The position numbers and the translations under genes are program-made. From an uncultured Holophaga sp. (GTDB lineage Bacteria > Acidobacteriota > Holophagae > Holophagales > Holophagaceae): a stretch of DNA of 64,000 bases. The stretch covers positions 1,888,001 to 1,952,000 of the forward strand of contig OY761614.1 of assembly GCA_963664825.1 (NCBI GenBank). Direction: 5' to 3'. This document shows, one piece after another, positions 48,472 to 58,338 of this stretch (its first letter is position 1; every line of letters begins with the position of its first letter). The notes below the pieces were generated by a model. It saw nothing but the letters and a program-made list of their open reading frames with translations, made no database searches and was not told where the DNA came from.

Positions 48472-49722
48472 ATGCTCACGCAGCACAGTGCCTTCGATGC
48501 CATGCAGTCCCGTCTCCGTGCCGCAGCGGAACTCTACGGGCTGGAGGATGCCCTCTTCAAGGTCTTCATCCAGCCTCAGCGCTCGGTCATCGTGAGCCTT
48601 CCGGTCCACATGGACGATGGCCGCTGGGAGGTCTTCACGGGCTTCCGCGTGCAGCACAACGTGGCCCGCGGCCCCGCCAAGGGCGGCATCCGCTACGACC
48701 CCGGCGTCACCCTCGACGAGATCAAGGCCGGCGCCGCCTGGAATACCTGGAAGACTGCTGTGGTGGACGTGCCCTTCGGCGGCGGCAAGGGCGGCATCAT
48801 CTGCGATCCTGCCTCCATGAGCGAGGGGGAGCTGGAACGCCTCACCCGCCGCTACACCGCCGAGGTCATGGATGTGATCGGCCCTGACCGGGATGTGCCG
48901 GGCATCGATATGGGCACCAACGCCCAGACCATGGCCTGGTTGGCCGATACCTACAACATGCACACACGCATTCACGCCAACGCCGTTGTGACGGGGAAGC
49001 CCGTGGGCATGGGCGGCAGCCTGGGGCGGGCCGAGGCCACGGGCCGCGGTGTGCTCATCAACGCTCGCGAGGCCATGCAGCGCCTGGGCAAGCCCCTGGC
49101 CGGAGCCACGCTGGCCGTGCAGGGCTTCGGCAATGTGGGCAACCAGAGCGCACGCCTCCTCCACGAAGCCGGCGCCCGCATGGTGGCGGTCTCGGACCGC
49201 AAGGGCGCCATCCGCAATGATCGCGGCATCGATGTCCATGCCCTTCTGAAGCACCACGCCGAGCATAAGACCGTGGTGGGTTTCAAGGGTGCCGAACCCA
49301 TGGATCCGGCCGAACTCCTCATCATGGCCGTGGATATCCTGGTGCCCGCCGCCACCGATAACCAGATCACTGAGCAGAATGCCGCCAAAGTGCGCGCCAA
49401 GGTGGTGGTGGAGGGCGCCAACGGCCCCACTTCCCCCGAGGCCGATCCCATCCTCCTCAGCAATGGCGTGCTGGTGGTGCCCGATATCCTGGCCAATGCC
49501 GGCGGCGTGACGGTCAGCTACTTCGAATGGGTGCAGAACCGCATCGGCTTCTACTGGCGTGAGCGGGAAGTGAACGAGCGCCTGGTGGAATACATGACCC
49601 ACGCCTTCCAGTCGGTATTTGCCATGACCGACAAGTACAAGACCAATCCCCGCATCGGCGCCTACATCGTGGCCCTGGACCGGGTCTCGGTGGCCATGCA
49701 CTACCGCGGCTTCTACGCGTGA
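48472..49722 (+). CDS. gdhA: Glutamate dehydrogenase (Glu/Leu/Phe/Val family)
   Basis: RGPAKGGIRY, PFGGGKGG, TGKP, QGFGNVG, EGANGP, PDILANAGGVTVSYFEW. Confidence 0.95.
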   Translation: MLTQHSAFDAMQSRLRAAAELYGLEDALFKVFIQPQRSVIVSLPVHMDDGRWEVFTGFRVQHNVARGPAKGGIRYDPGVTLDEIKAGAAWNTWKTAVVDVPFGGGKGGIICDPASMSEGELERLTRRYTAEVMDVIGPDRDVPGIDMGTNAQTMAWLADTYNMHTRIHANAVVTGKPVGMGGSLGRAEATGRGVLINAREAMQRLGKPLAGATLAVQGFGNVGNQSARLLHEAGARMVAVSDRKGAIRNDRGIDVHALLKHHAEHKTVVGFKGAEPMDPAELLIMAVDILVPAATDNQITEQNAAKVRAKVVVEGANGPTSPEADPILLSNGVLVVPDILANAGGVTVSYFEWVQNRIGFYWREREVNERLVEYMTHAFQSVFAMTDKYKTNPRIGAYIVALDRVSVAMHYRGFYA

Positions 49723-50657
49723 GTGAAGGCTATTTCAAGGCTTCGAGAGAGGCCTGGAAATGGAGTGTCCAGTTTCATCAGGGCGACTCGGATCGGCTGC
49801 ACGCTTTCAAGCGGCATCTGCGCTGGGCGTCTGCGGCCGCCTTTCGCCGAGGGGCTGCCGAGGACTGGTTCGCCTTCCTGGAACGCCCAGAGATGCGTCC
49901 CTTCGCGAAGGGGAATCCCCACCTGGCTTTCCGTCCTCTGGCTCGGTACATGTCCATCGAGTGGGATTTCCCGCAGCGGGTGAAGATCCTTCAGGACACC
50001 TATGAGTTCATCCATGCCCAGGGCGGGGGCCTGTGCCAGTCCATGCTCCAGGAGCGCGGCGCCATCCTCGCCCGCTTCCCCTTGGGGAAAGTGGGCGAGG
50101 CCACGGTTCGTTTCGGGTTCCTGGGGAAATTCCGCAAGGAGGGTGAGCTCGTGATCTACCTGGAGAGCTCCCAGACGGAAGGACCCATCAGTTACCTCGC
50201 ATGTTCCCTGGGCCAAGGGGTAGCTGGATGGACGCTGTATGTGGGGGCCGTTCAGGGGCGCTTGGGAGGGGAGGAAGAAGTCATCAAGGAGATTACGAAG
50301 GCGATGCATGGATTCCGGCCGAAGGCCTTCATGGTCTTCCTGGCCCAGGAGTTGGCCCAGGTCCTGCGGGTGAGGGAACTGCGGGGCATCGGCAACGCCA
50401 TCCATGTCTTCCTCGCCCGGAATGAAGGCCGTTCCTCGTCCAAGAAGCGCATCCTTTTCGATTACGACGAACTCTGGCAGGAGGCCGGAGGCGAGCTTCT
50501 GTCGGATGGTTGGTTCAATCTGCCCCTGCGGACGCCCCGGCGCGCTCCAGAGGAGATCAAGCCCAATAAGCGGGGCATGTATACCAAGCGCTACGCGATG
50601 ATGGACGCGATCTCCCGCCAGATCCGTACAGTGCTCACGCCCTTTCCGAGGGGTTGA
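49719..50657 (+). CDS. VirK/YbjX (DUF535) family protein
   Basis: Y.S..W...R, KEGEL, L.VGAVQG, ITKAMHGFRPK, DYDELWQE.GG, EEIK.NKRGMY.KRY. Confidence 0.85.
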   Translation: MSEGYFKASREAWKWSVQFHQGDSDRLHAFKRHLRWASAAAFRRGAAEDWFAFLERPEMRPFAKGNPHLAFRPLARYMSIEWDFPQRVKILQDTYEFIHAQGGGLCQSMLQERGAILARFPLGKVGEATVRFGFLGKFRKEGELVIYLESSQTEGPISYLACSLGQGVAGWTLYVGAVQGRLGGEEEVIKEITKAMHGFRPKAFMVFLAQELAQVLRVRELRGIGNAIHVFLARNEGRSSSKKRILFDYDELWQEAGGELLSDGWFNLPLRTPRRAPEEIKPNKRGMYTKRYAMMDAISRQIRTVLTPFPRG

Positions 50658-50716
50658 ATGAGCCGCTTTTCAAGGTGTTGTCCCCCGGGCATGATGAGAA
50701 CTGCCGCCGACGGATT

Positions 50717-52114
50717 ATGACCCACACCCCCCTTCTAACCCTGAGCTGGGCTGTCCTTCTGGGGATGGCGGGGGTGACGCTGTACGCCCAGAGCCCCATC
50801 GGCACCATCATCTCGGAACAATCTCGCACGAGCTTTACGGTGCAAGGGGCCGGAGCCCGGGCGATGGGCCTCGGGGGAGCCTTCATTGCCGTGGCCGATG
50901 ACGCCACTGCGGTCTCCTTTAATCCCGCGGGTTTGGCCCAGCTCCTGAAACCCGAGGTGAGCTTCGTGGCGAGGGCCGTCAGGCACGACGTGGCCTATGA
51001 GGATGTGGCCACCACCGCAGGGGCGAAACACCTCCTGGTGAGCGATTCCCTCATATCGAATTCACGCATTGATCCCCTCTTCCTGGCGGGTACCGTCCCC
51101 CTGCGCCTGGGCGACCGAACGCTGGCCTTTCAGCTCTCCCTCCAGCGCCTCATACCCTTGGGAGAGGGGGATTCCAGGGACCTGGAGGAGTATTCCCCGG
51201 GGGGGGCCGAGGCGGGACATCTCTCCCAGAGCATCCAACAGCATGGGCAGATCGATCTCTACTCCTTCGCCCTGGCCTACGAGGCCTCCCAGCGGATCCT
51301 GCTGGGCCTGTCGGTGAACCTGTGGCGGGGTGTGTGGGACCTGGATTCTCGGAGTTCCAAGACTTCCGGGGGGCAGACGAACTACGTCAATTTCTCCCAA
51401 TCAAATCGTCTGGAGGGGAACAATTTCAATTTGGGCCTTCTCTGGCGCTGGCCCACCTGGAGCCTTGGCCTCGTGCGACGCACGGCCTTTCGCGCCGACT
51501 ACACATTCGAGACGGCGCTGGATTCCAGTGGCCATCGGCGGACGCCCGCAAGCCCTGGCGGGCTCCGTTGGCCCGCCACCACGGGGATCGGATTCGCATA
51601 CCGCCCCTGGGAGACCTGGCTCTTTACGACCGATATCACGCACACACCCTGGTCCGATGCCTGCTACGTTTCCTCTAGGGCCAGCCTGGACGGCCAGAAT
51701 TTCTTCGACCTAGACAAGGGCACCCGCACGCCGGATTCCACGGATTTCCATATCGGCGCCGAGCACCTCCTCCTGACGTCCTCCGGGAATATCATTCCCC
51801 TGCGCCTGGGCTTCAGCCGGGAGCCCCAACCGGTGGTGGACCGGGCTACGGGGGAACAGCGGGTGATCTTCGGCTTCAGTCTCGGCTCGGGCATCAAGCG
51901 GGGGGCCTATACGCTGGATTTGGCGTACCGCTATGGTTGGAACACCCGCAGGGCTTCCCAATTCCTGGATGTGGATCAGATCCTCTCGAAGACGCCGCCC
52001 TCCTCCGTAGGCACCGAGCGGCTGAAGGAACACCGCCTGGATTTGAGCTTCAATATTCAGTTCGAACGCCAGCCCATCGAACGGGTCCTGCATCACCTCT
52101 TCGTGGGAGACTGA
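50717..52114 (+). CDS. FadL/OmpP1-like outer-membrane beta-barrel protein
   Basis: Signal peptide, GARAMGLGGAFIAVADDATAVSFNPAGL, amphipathic strands. Confidence 0.8.
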   Translation: MTHTPLLTLSWAVLLGMAGVTLYAQSPIGTIISEQSRTSFTVQGAGARAMGLGGAFIAVADDATAVSFNPAGLAQLLKPEVSFVARAVRHDVAYEDVATTAGAKHLLVSDSLISNSRIDPLFLAGTVPLRLGDRTLAFQLSLQRLIPLGEGDSRDLEEYSPGGAEAGHLSQSIQQHGQIDLYSFALAYEASQRILLGLSVNLWRGVWDLDSRSSKTSGGQTNYVNFSQSNRLEGNNFNLGLLWRWPTWSLGLVRRTAFRADYTFETALDSSGHRRTPASPGGLRWPATTGIGFAYRPWETWLFTTDITHTPWSDACYVSSRASLDGQNFFDLDKGTRTPDSTDFHIGAEHLLLTSSGNIIPLRLGFSREPQPVVDRATGEQRVIFGFSLGSGIKRGAYTLDLAYRYGWNTRRASQFLDVDQILSKTPPSSVGTERLKEHRLDLSFNIQFERQPIERVLHHLFVGD

Positions 52115-52115
52115 T

Positions 52116-53639
52116 GTGCGTTCGCGATCGCTTCTCCTCCTCGGGACCACACCCCTGCTCCTGGCCCAGTCCCAGCCCACTTTCTACGCAGCCTGGGAGG
52201 ATGGTCGCGACGCGGAGCATCAGGGCCGCTGGCAGGCCGCCCTGGGCGCCTATCGGCGGGCCGTGGCGCTGCGGCCTATGCCCGCGGTTCGCGTCATCAT
52301 CTACGGGAACAATCTCCTGAAGGACTACTTCCCCTACACCCGCATGGCGCGCTGCCACCTGGAGTTGGGGGAACTGGAGGCCGCCGAGGCCTCTCTTGGT
52401 CGGGGCGAGGCCCAGGCCGAGCCCCTCGGTGAGCGGCAGGCGCTGCTGCGGCGCCTGAGGGAACTTCGGGCCGCGCGCTTGGGGCCAGTATCCCGACTGC
52501 CGACGACCGCTCCGGCGGAATCCCCAACTCGTGGATCTGCGGCGCCTCCGCCCTCTCCGGTCCTTCCTGCGCTCCAGGCCGAGGCCGCGCCGGTTCCCCA
52601 GGGGCTTCCCCTCGGTCAGACCCCCGCGAAGCCCTCGGCCCCCCCGTCGAAGACCCAGGCCAGGGCTGTACCCGCCCCTGTCACGACCCTTCCGGCAGCA
52701 CCACCCGTTCCCCCCCAGCGGAGAGGGAGATCCCGGTGGCCACTGGGGATAGCTCTCTGCGCCTCCTTGGGAGGGCTCCTGCTCCTGGTCCGGTGGCTCG
52801 GGAGGCGCAAGGCCGGGCTGCGGCTTTCCGCCTTCGAGACTCCTGAGCACATCGGCCCCTACCGGTTGGAACGCCTTCTGGGTCGCGGGGGTTTCGCTAG
52901 CACCTACCTGGCCCGTCATTCACAGACCGGACAGTTGGTGGCCTTGAAGCTCCTCCATCCCTATCGTCAGGATGATCCGGAATTCCTGGGGCGCTTCCGT
53001 CAGGAGGCCCGTCTGGGGAGGCTGTTGGACCATCCCAATCTCGTGCATCTTGTGGATCCTGGGCCTTCGATTGGGTCGCCCTGGTTGGCCATGGAATACG
53101 TTGATGGGCAGCGGATGGATCAGTTCCTGCGGGAACGGGGCCCCCTGCCCGTGGCGGAGATCCTTCGATTGGGCCGTGCCCTGGCGTCTGCCATGGCCTA
53201 CGCCCATGCCCATGGCGTGGTTCACCGGGATCTGAAGCCAGGCAATGTCATGCTCCTGGATGGCCAGGTGAAGGTGATGGACTTCGGTATCGCGCGGACC
53301 ATGGATTCCCAGACCCTGACGACGACTTACGCCTTCTTGGGCACGCCCCTCTACGCCGCACCCGAGGTCCAGTTCAAGAGCCAGGTGGGGCCCGCGGCCG
53401 ATGGCTATTCCCTGGGCATCATGCTCTTCGAGATGCTCGCCGGGCATCCGCCCTTCACGGGGGAAACGCCCTTCGAGATTCTGGACCAGCACCGGGCCGC
53501 TCCCTTTCCAGACCTCAGGGCCCTGCGTCCGGACGCGCCCGAGGTCTTAGTCCGGCTGCTGGAGCGCCTCTGCGCCAAACAGCCCGAGGAGCGGCCGGAG
53601 GATATGGAAGTGTTCGAGACCCTCGAAGGGCTTGGCTGA
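52116..53639 (+). CDS. Membrane Ser/Thr (Hanks) kinase with N-terminal TPR-like ectodomain
   Basis: Signal peptide, TPR-like helices, Pro-rich linker, TM, then GRGGFA, VALK, HRDLKPGN, DFG, APE. Confidence 0.9.
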   Translation: MRSRSLLLLGTTPLLLAQSQPTFYAAWEDGRDAEHQGRWQAALGAYRRAVALRPMPAVRVIIYGNNLLKDYFPYTRMARCHLELGELEAAEASLGRGEAQAEPLGERQALLRRLRELRAARLGPVSRLPTTAPAESPTRGSAAPPPSPVLPALQAEAAPVPQGLPLGQTPAKPSAPPSKTQARAVPAPVTTLPAAPPVPPQRRGRSRWPLGIALCASLGGLLLLVRWLGRRKAGLRLSAFETPEHIGPYRLERLLGRGGFASTYLARHSQTGQLVALKLLHPYRQDDPEFLGRFRQEARLGRLLDHPNLVHLVDPGPSIGSPWLAMEYVDGQRMDQFLRERGPLPVAEILRLGRALASAMAYAHAHGVVHRDLKPGNVMLLDGQVKVMDFGIARTMDSQTLTTTYAFLGTPLYAAPEVQFKSQVGPAADGYSLGIMLFEMLAGHPPFTGETPFEILDQHRAAPFPDLRALRPDAPEVLVRLLERLCAKQPEERPEDMEVFETLEGLG

Positions 53640-53643
53640 AACG

Positions 53644-56118
53644 CTAGAACACCCGCAGCAGCATGACATACCCGTTCACGGTGCATACGCCGGGGATATC
53701 GCTCTGGAGGCCGACGCCGAGATTGAGGCGCAGGGTGGTGAACCACCAGAAGCCCGGCAGATCGCCCGCGACGCCAAGGCCCGTGAAACCGTAGGTCTTC
53801 TGGTCGTCCAGGCTGCGGGCCCGGGCGTGATCCAGGGTCAGGGTGAGGCGCAGATTGGACCCTGAAGGCAGCACGACCCCTGCCTTCACGTAGTCCACCT
53901 GGTCTGCCGCCAGGGAATTGGCGCGGATGCCGGCCACATGCTCATCGCCGCCCCCCAGGGAGGTGAAGCGATCGAAGCTCCGGCCCCCGGCGAAGCCCGT
54001 CTCCCCGTGCAGCCACCATTCGCCCTCCATGCGCTGGTCGTAGCCCACCCGGGCGCCCCAGCGGCGGAAGCTGCCCCCATCGGGGATGGCCTGGGGGGCC
54101 AGGGCCGTGCCGTAGGCGCCATCGGGCCTTTGGCCCGCGCCGTAGTAGGCGTGGAGCTGGAAGCCTTGGGCCTGCCAGGACCCGGCGCCCTCCCATTGGC
54201 GGGTGAGCCCCGAGGGGGGCATCTGGAAGCCGGGAGTGACGTATTTGTCCTCCCGGGGCTGGGAGAAGCGATCGTACTGGAAGCGGGTGGTGGCCGTCAG
54301 GCGGAAGCCCTGGCCCAGATCGCGCCCGAGGGTCAGGGAGAGGAGCCCGAATTGCCGGGCCACGCCATCCTTCTCCAGGAGCTTGCCGTCTTTCACGGGG
54401 AGTTCCGTGGAGGGCAGGAGAAAGGTGCGGAACTGGGCGCCCAGATCGAAACCTCCGGCCAGGCGCGGCACGCTCATCTCCACCTGATTGAAGACGATGG
54501 CCGTGACGGCGTTGAGCTGGATGCCTTTATCGAAGGCGTTGAAATCGTAGTAGGCGAAGCCACCCAGGGGCACGACGGGCATCGAGAGGCCGGGGTCCAC
54601 CAAGAGGAAACCGGCCAGGGCCTTGCCGCTGGTCTTGGGCTTCTCCTCCAGGCGACGGCTGCCATCCTGTTGGAGGTTGTAGTAGCGCAGGCCCTCCGGG
54701 GTCTGCTTGAGCATGGTGACCTTCGAGCCTCTGGCGGCCTGGCGCCGGGCCTCGAAGCCCTGGCCATTGATGCGGAAATCGCTGTAGACATGCTGGCGCT
54801 GGATCTGGGTGACACCCCCGGAACTCATCCAGCGTTCGAAGGTCTCCACTTTCAGGATGCGCCAGAGGCCTGGGCTGGGTTCCCCATAGGTCATCACCCG
54901 CCGCTCGCTCTTCACGATGCCCGGCAGATCGGAGCGTTGGCTCCGCTCCTCCAGGATGCGGCCATTGGATTCCAGGACCAGGAGCTCCCCTTCGGGCAGC
55001 AGGGGATCGCGGTCCACGGCCTCGAAGCGGATCCGGCGCGTACCGACCCTTTCCCCCGGCCCCCCGTCCTCATAGTGGTAGCGCTCCGTGAGGTTGAGAG
55101 CCACGGGGGCCGCGATGCTGCTGCGGGCCTCGATGATGGGCAACTGGACGCCGCCTCCCAGGTTGGCCTTGACGCCATTGACGCGGACTTCCCTCTGCAG
55201 CAGTTCCTCGGCCTCTCCGAGGCGTTCGAAGGCCTGGAAGGAGAAACCCAGATCGGTCCCCGTGCCTTCGGCAGCCTGGAGGTGCAGGTCCACCTGCATC
55301 CGCGCCTCGCAGTTGGACAGGGCGGCGCGGTCCCTCAGCTGGGTGGCCCGCATGCGGGCCAACAGGGCCCCCACGTCATAGCTGTCCTTGGCCGTGACCA
55401 TCACCTCGTGGCGCTCCCGGGGCAGTTCGGCGGCCTTCCATTCGCCCTCCGCGAAATGCCAGCGCCGAGCCTCTCCCGTCTTTCGGTGGTGCAGCGTCAG
55501 ATCCCCCAGGCCACCTTCCACCTCCGTGAATTCCGGGGGCAGGGTCGAGGCCAGGCGGGAGGCGGGTCCCTGGGCAGGCACCACCAGCCGCCCGCCGTCC
55601 CCCAGCAGCATGGACATGCGCGGGCCAGGATCCACGGGCATCCAGAGGAACCAGGGGCGCCCGGGCATCTGCTCCTGGGCCGTCACCAGGATCTGACGCC
55701 ACTTCTCCGGGTCTGTGCCCAGGTCCTCGGGGCTGAGGAGGCCTCCCTGGAGGGCGCCCCAGGCGCTGGTGTCCCATAAGCTCGGAGCGCCGGGATCGAA
55801 GACCAGGTAGAGGGCCTGATCGGGATTCTGGGCCTTGAGGGCCTGGCTGGCGGCCAGGAGCAGGCCCAGCCGGGCTTGGCCTCGAGGCAGGCACAGGCGG
55901 AGGGCGGGCAGGCCCCTGAAGGCGGAGATGTGGGAGGCCCAGGCCTGGCGGACGGCTTCCATTTGGGCCGGATCCCGGGCGTCCCGGGGCAGGAGCTGCG
56001 CGGCATCGGCTTCCCTCAGATCCAGCAGGGGCGGGAGGGGTGTGCCCACCTGGATCAGGGACTGGGCTCCCAGCGCCATGGACAGGAAGGGGAGCCATCC
56101 TAGATTCGACCAGCGCAT
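53644..56118 (-). CDS. Large exported protein with probable C-terminal outer-membrane beta-barrel
   Basis: MRWSNLG..LGAQ signal with GAGGAG SD; alternating beta strands ending ..YVMLLRVF. Confidence 0.7.
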   Translation of the reverse strand: MRWSNLGWLPFLSMALGAQSLIQVGTPLPPLLDLREADAAQLLPRDARDPAQMEAVRQAWASHISAFRGLPALRLCLPRGQARLGLLLAASQALKAQNPDQALYLVFDPGAPSLWDTSAWGALQGGLLSPEDLGTDPEKWRQILVTAQEQMPGRPWFLWMPVDPGPRMSMLLGDGGRLVVPAQGPASRLASTLPPEFTEVEGGLGDLTLHHRKTGEARRWHFAEGEWKAAELPRERHEVMVTAKDSYDVGALLARMRATQLRDRAALSNCEARMQVDLHLQAAEGTGTDLGFSFQAFERLGEAEELLQREVRVNGVKANLGGGVQLPIIEARSSIAAPVALNLTERYHYEDGGPGERVGTRRIRFEAVDRDPLLPEGELLVLESNGRILEERSQRSDLPGIVKSERRVMTYGEPSPGLWRILKVETFERWMSSGGVTQIQRQHVYSDFRINGQGFEARRQAARGSKVTMLKQTPEGLRYYNLQQDGSRRLEEKPKTSGKALAGFLLVDPGLSMPVVPLGGFAYYDFNAFDKGIQLNAVTAIVFNQVEMSVPRLAGGFDLGAQFRTFLLPSTELPVKDGKLLEKDGVARQFGLLSLTLGRDLGQGFRLTATTRFQYDRFSQPREDKYVTPGFQMPPSGLTRQWEGAGSWQAQGFQLHAYYGAGQRPDGAYGTALAPQAIPDGGSFRRWGARVGYDQRMEGEWWLHGETGFAGGRSFDRFTSLGGGDEHVAGIRANSLAADQVDYVKAGVVLPSGSNLRLTLTLDHARARSLDDQKTYGFTGLGVAGDLPGFWWFTTLRLNLGVGLQSDIPGVCTVNGYVMLLRVF

Positions 56119-56205
56119 TCGTGCTCCTCGGGTGTCAATGGATGAGTGTACAGGCAGCCCGAGAGGGCGATTAGCCGCTATGCTCGAATATTCTGGGTTG
56201 TTGCC

Positions 56206-57393
56206 ATGCGCTTTTCGGCCAAGTTCACTACCAGGACCGGCGAAGTCCTCGTCCGGGATTATGAAGGCGCGTCCATCGAGGACGTGCAGGCGCGGGTCCT
56301 GGGGGAGGGGAGCTTCCCCCTGGAGGTGAAGAAGGCGGCCTCGGCCTTTCGGCGGCAGCGCACGCTGGCGGCCGATTCCCTCATCCTCTTCAACCAGGAA
56401 CTGCTGGCCCTCCTCAAGGCCGGCATTCCGCTGCTCCAGTCCCTGGAACTGCTGGTGGGCCACGGGAAGGATCCGCTGCTGCGGGATTCCCTGGAACGAG
56501 TGGTGGAGCTGCTCCGGGAGGGCATGGCCTATTCCGAGGCCCTAGAACAGGCGGGCACCTTCCCGGCGGTCTACCGGGCCAATGTGGTGGCCGGCGAGCG
56601 CAGCGGCACCCTGCCCGAGGTTCTCTCCCGCTGGCTGGCCTTCCAGGCCTTCGCCCAGAAGAGCCGCAGCCGCATCGTGGAGGCCATGGTCTATCCGACC
56701 TTCCTGGTGGTGGTGCTCTTCATCTCCCTGGGCGTGATCTTCAATGTGGTGCTGCCGAAATTCCAGGAGATCTACTCGGACGGATCGGTGGAGATGCCCA
56801 CGCCCACACGCATCCTGCTGGGTCTGGGCGCCTTCATGCGGAGCACCATCTGGGTGCAGGGCCTGTTGCTGCTGGGTTTGGCCTTCGTGCTGCGCTGGAT
56901 GTTCACCTCCGAGGCCGGGAAGCGCCTCCTGGAGCGCATTCTGCTTAGCATTCCCAAGATGGGCACCCTCTATCGCATGTACCATTCCTCGGTCTTCTGC
57001 CGGACCCTGAGCGTGCTCCTATCGGGGGGCATGCCCGTGCTCCAGTCGCTGGAAGTGATCCAGCGCACCACGGCCAGCGAGCGGATGAAGTTGCGCCTGG
57101 TGACGGTGATCGAACTGGTGCGGGGGGGCTCTTCCCTACATGGCGCCCTGGAACAATCGAAACTGCTGGACCCCCTCGCCATCGAGATGACGCGGGTGGG
57201 CGAACAGAGCTCGGCCCTGCCCGAGATGCTGGATCATGTGGCGAACTTCTTCGATCAGGAAGTGGAAAAGGCCACTGCTGCCGTGACAGGGCTCATCGGC
57301 CCCGTGCTGATCCTCTTCATGGGCGTGGTGGTGCTGGGCCTGTTGCTGGCCATCTACATGCCCATGTTCAATGCGGGACAGGCCGTGAAGTAG
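56206..57393 (+). CDS. Type II secretion F / PilC family inner-membrane platform protein
   Basis: LL.AGIPLLQSL, AGERSGTL, YP, VGEQS..L..ML, AIYMPMF. Confidence 0.93.
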   Translation: MRFSAKFTTRTGEVLVRDYEGASIEDVQARVLGEGSFPLEVKKAASAFRRQRTLAADSLILFNQELLALLKAGIPLLQSLELLVGHGKDPLLRDSLERVVELLREGMAYSEALEQAGTFPAVYRANVVAGERSGTLPEVLSRWLAFQAFAQKSRSRIVEAMVYPTFLVVVLFISLGVIFNVVLPKFQEIYSDGSVEMPTPTRILLGLGAFMRSTIWVQGLLLLGLAFVLRWMFTSEAGKRLLERILLSIPKMGTLYRMYHSSVFCRTLSVLLSGGMPVLQSLEVIQRTTASERMKLRLVTVIELVRGGSSLHGALEQSKLLDPLAIEMTRVGEQSSALPEMLDHVANFFDQEVEKATAAVTGLIGPVLILFMGVVVLGLLLAIYMPMFNAGQAVK

Positions 57394-57446
57394 GGCCGAG
57401 GCCGAGTTGCATTCCTTGCGCCAAGCTCCGGGAGAAGGCTCCCCCG

Positions 57447-57562
57447 CTGGCCCAGAGCCTGCCGGGGTGGGGGATCGCTTCAGGGTGATGGAGGCCCGGA
57501 AGGCGCGCTGAAGGTTCACCGTCGAAAAAATATTCACGCGGAGGAACGGAGCCCACGGAGAA
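57447..57562 (+). pseudogene. Degenerate copy of the midA 3' end plus adjacent repeat half
   Basis: Aligns by eye with 45246-45372, with a 4-nt deletion and scattered substitutions. Confidence 0.8.
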
Positions 57563-57622
57563 GGAACCAAAAAGGGGTTCTTCGCGGAATTCTGGGGAAG
57601 GCCAGGGCACACCTGCGGCTTC

Positions 57623-58182
57623 GGATGGACGAGGCTCAAAGCAAGCCAGGAATTCGTGAAATTGGATCCCGAACCTTCATCCCCGCAGATCCCCTGTCCT
57701 AGTGGGGCCTGGGCTCATCTCCCCACCCGGCGGCGAAGGGGCGCTGGATTTGAACAATGATGAACGCCGATTCACGCCGATGGGGTGAGGCCTGGGGATC
57801 TTCATCCGCGTTCATCCGCGTGCATCAGAGTTGAATCCTTTTCGCAGTGAACCGGCCGCCTCCACGCAAACCGCGATCAGGGATGAAGAGCCTGGGATCC
57901 CTTCACTGGTTGGCGAGGCCTCAAGACTGAACTATGGACACCAGCGAGAAACGCTAGAACCAGTGATAGCCAGTGAGGACAGTGAGGAGAGAAATGACCG
58001 ATGAGGTTATTTGCGGGAACAGGCTCTCGGACATCATGGTTTTCCTGAACCCCTTGAGAGGGTGCCAGCCAGAGCCCCTGCCTTTTCACCGTTCTCACCG
58101 GTAGATCTTGGACCCTGGGAAGCGGTGAACCGCCTCCTCAAACCAGGAATTGGTGAAATTGGATCCCGAACCTTCATCCCCG
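57623..58182. repeat. Dispersed repeat modules A (57623-57859), B (57915-57986) and partial A (58143-58182)
   Basis: Similar to 23070-23299 and 22913-22985. Confidence 0.88.
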
Positions 58183-58203
58183 GCTATCCCCGGCGCGGCC
58201 CCC

Positions 58204-58338
58204 CTACAGCGTCCCGGCGTAGGGATCCGGCCAGTAGGGGTCCCGGGTGTAGGGTTCCCGCATCCAGACTTCCTGGGGAAATTCCATGGGTTCCTGGGAC
58301 TGGATGGGTTCGTAGGGGGGAGGAGGCAGACCTGTCAT
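58204..58338 (-). CDS. Putative 44-aa small protein MTGLPPPPYEPIQSQEPMEFPQEVWMREPYTRDPYWPDPYAGTL
   Basis: Hand-translated; mostly G/C-ending codons, TAAAAT 7 nt before the ATG, repeated (E/D)PY. Confidence 0.5.
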   Translation of the reverse strand: MTGLPPPPYEPIQSQEPMEFPQEVWMREPYTRDPYWPDPYAGTL

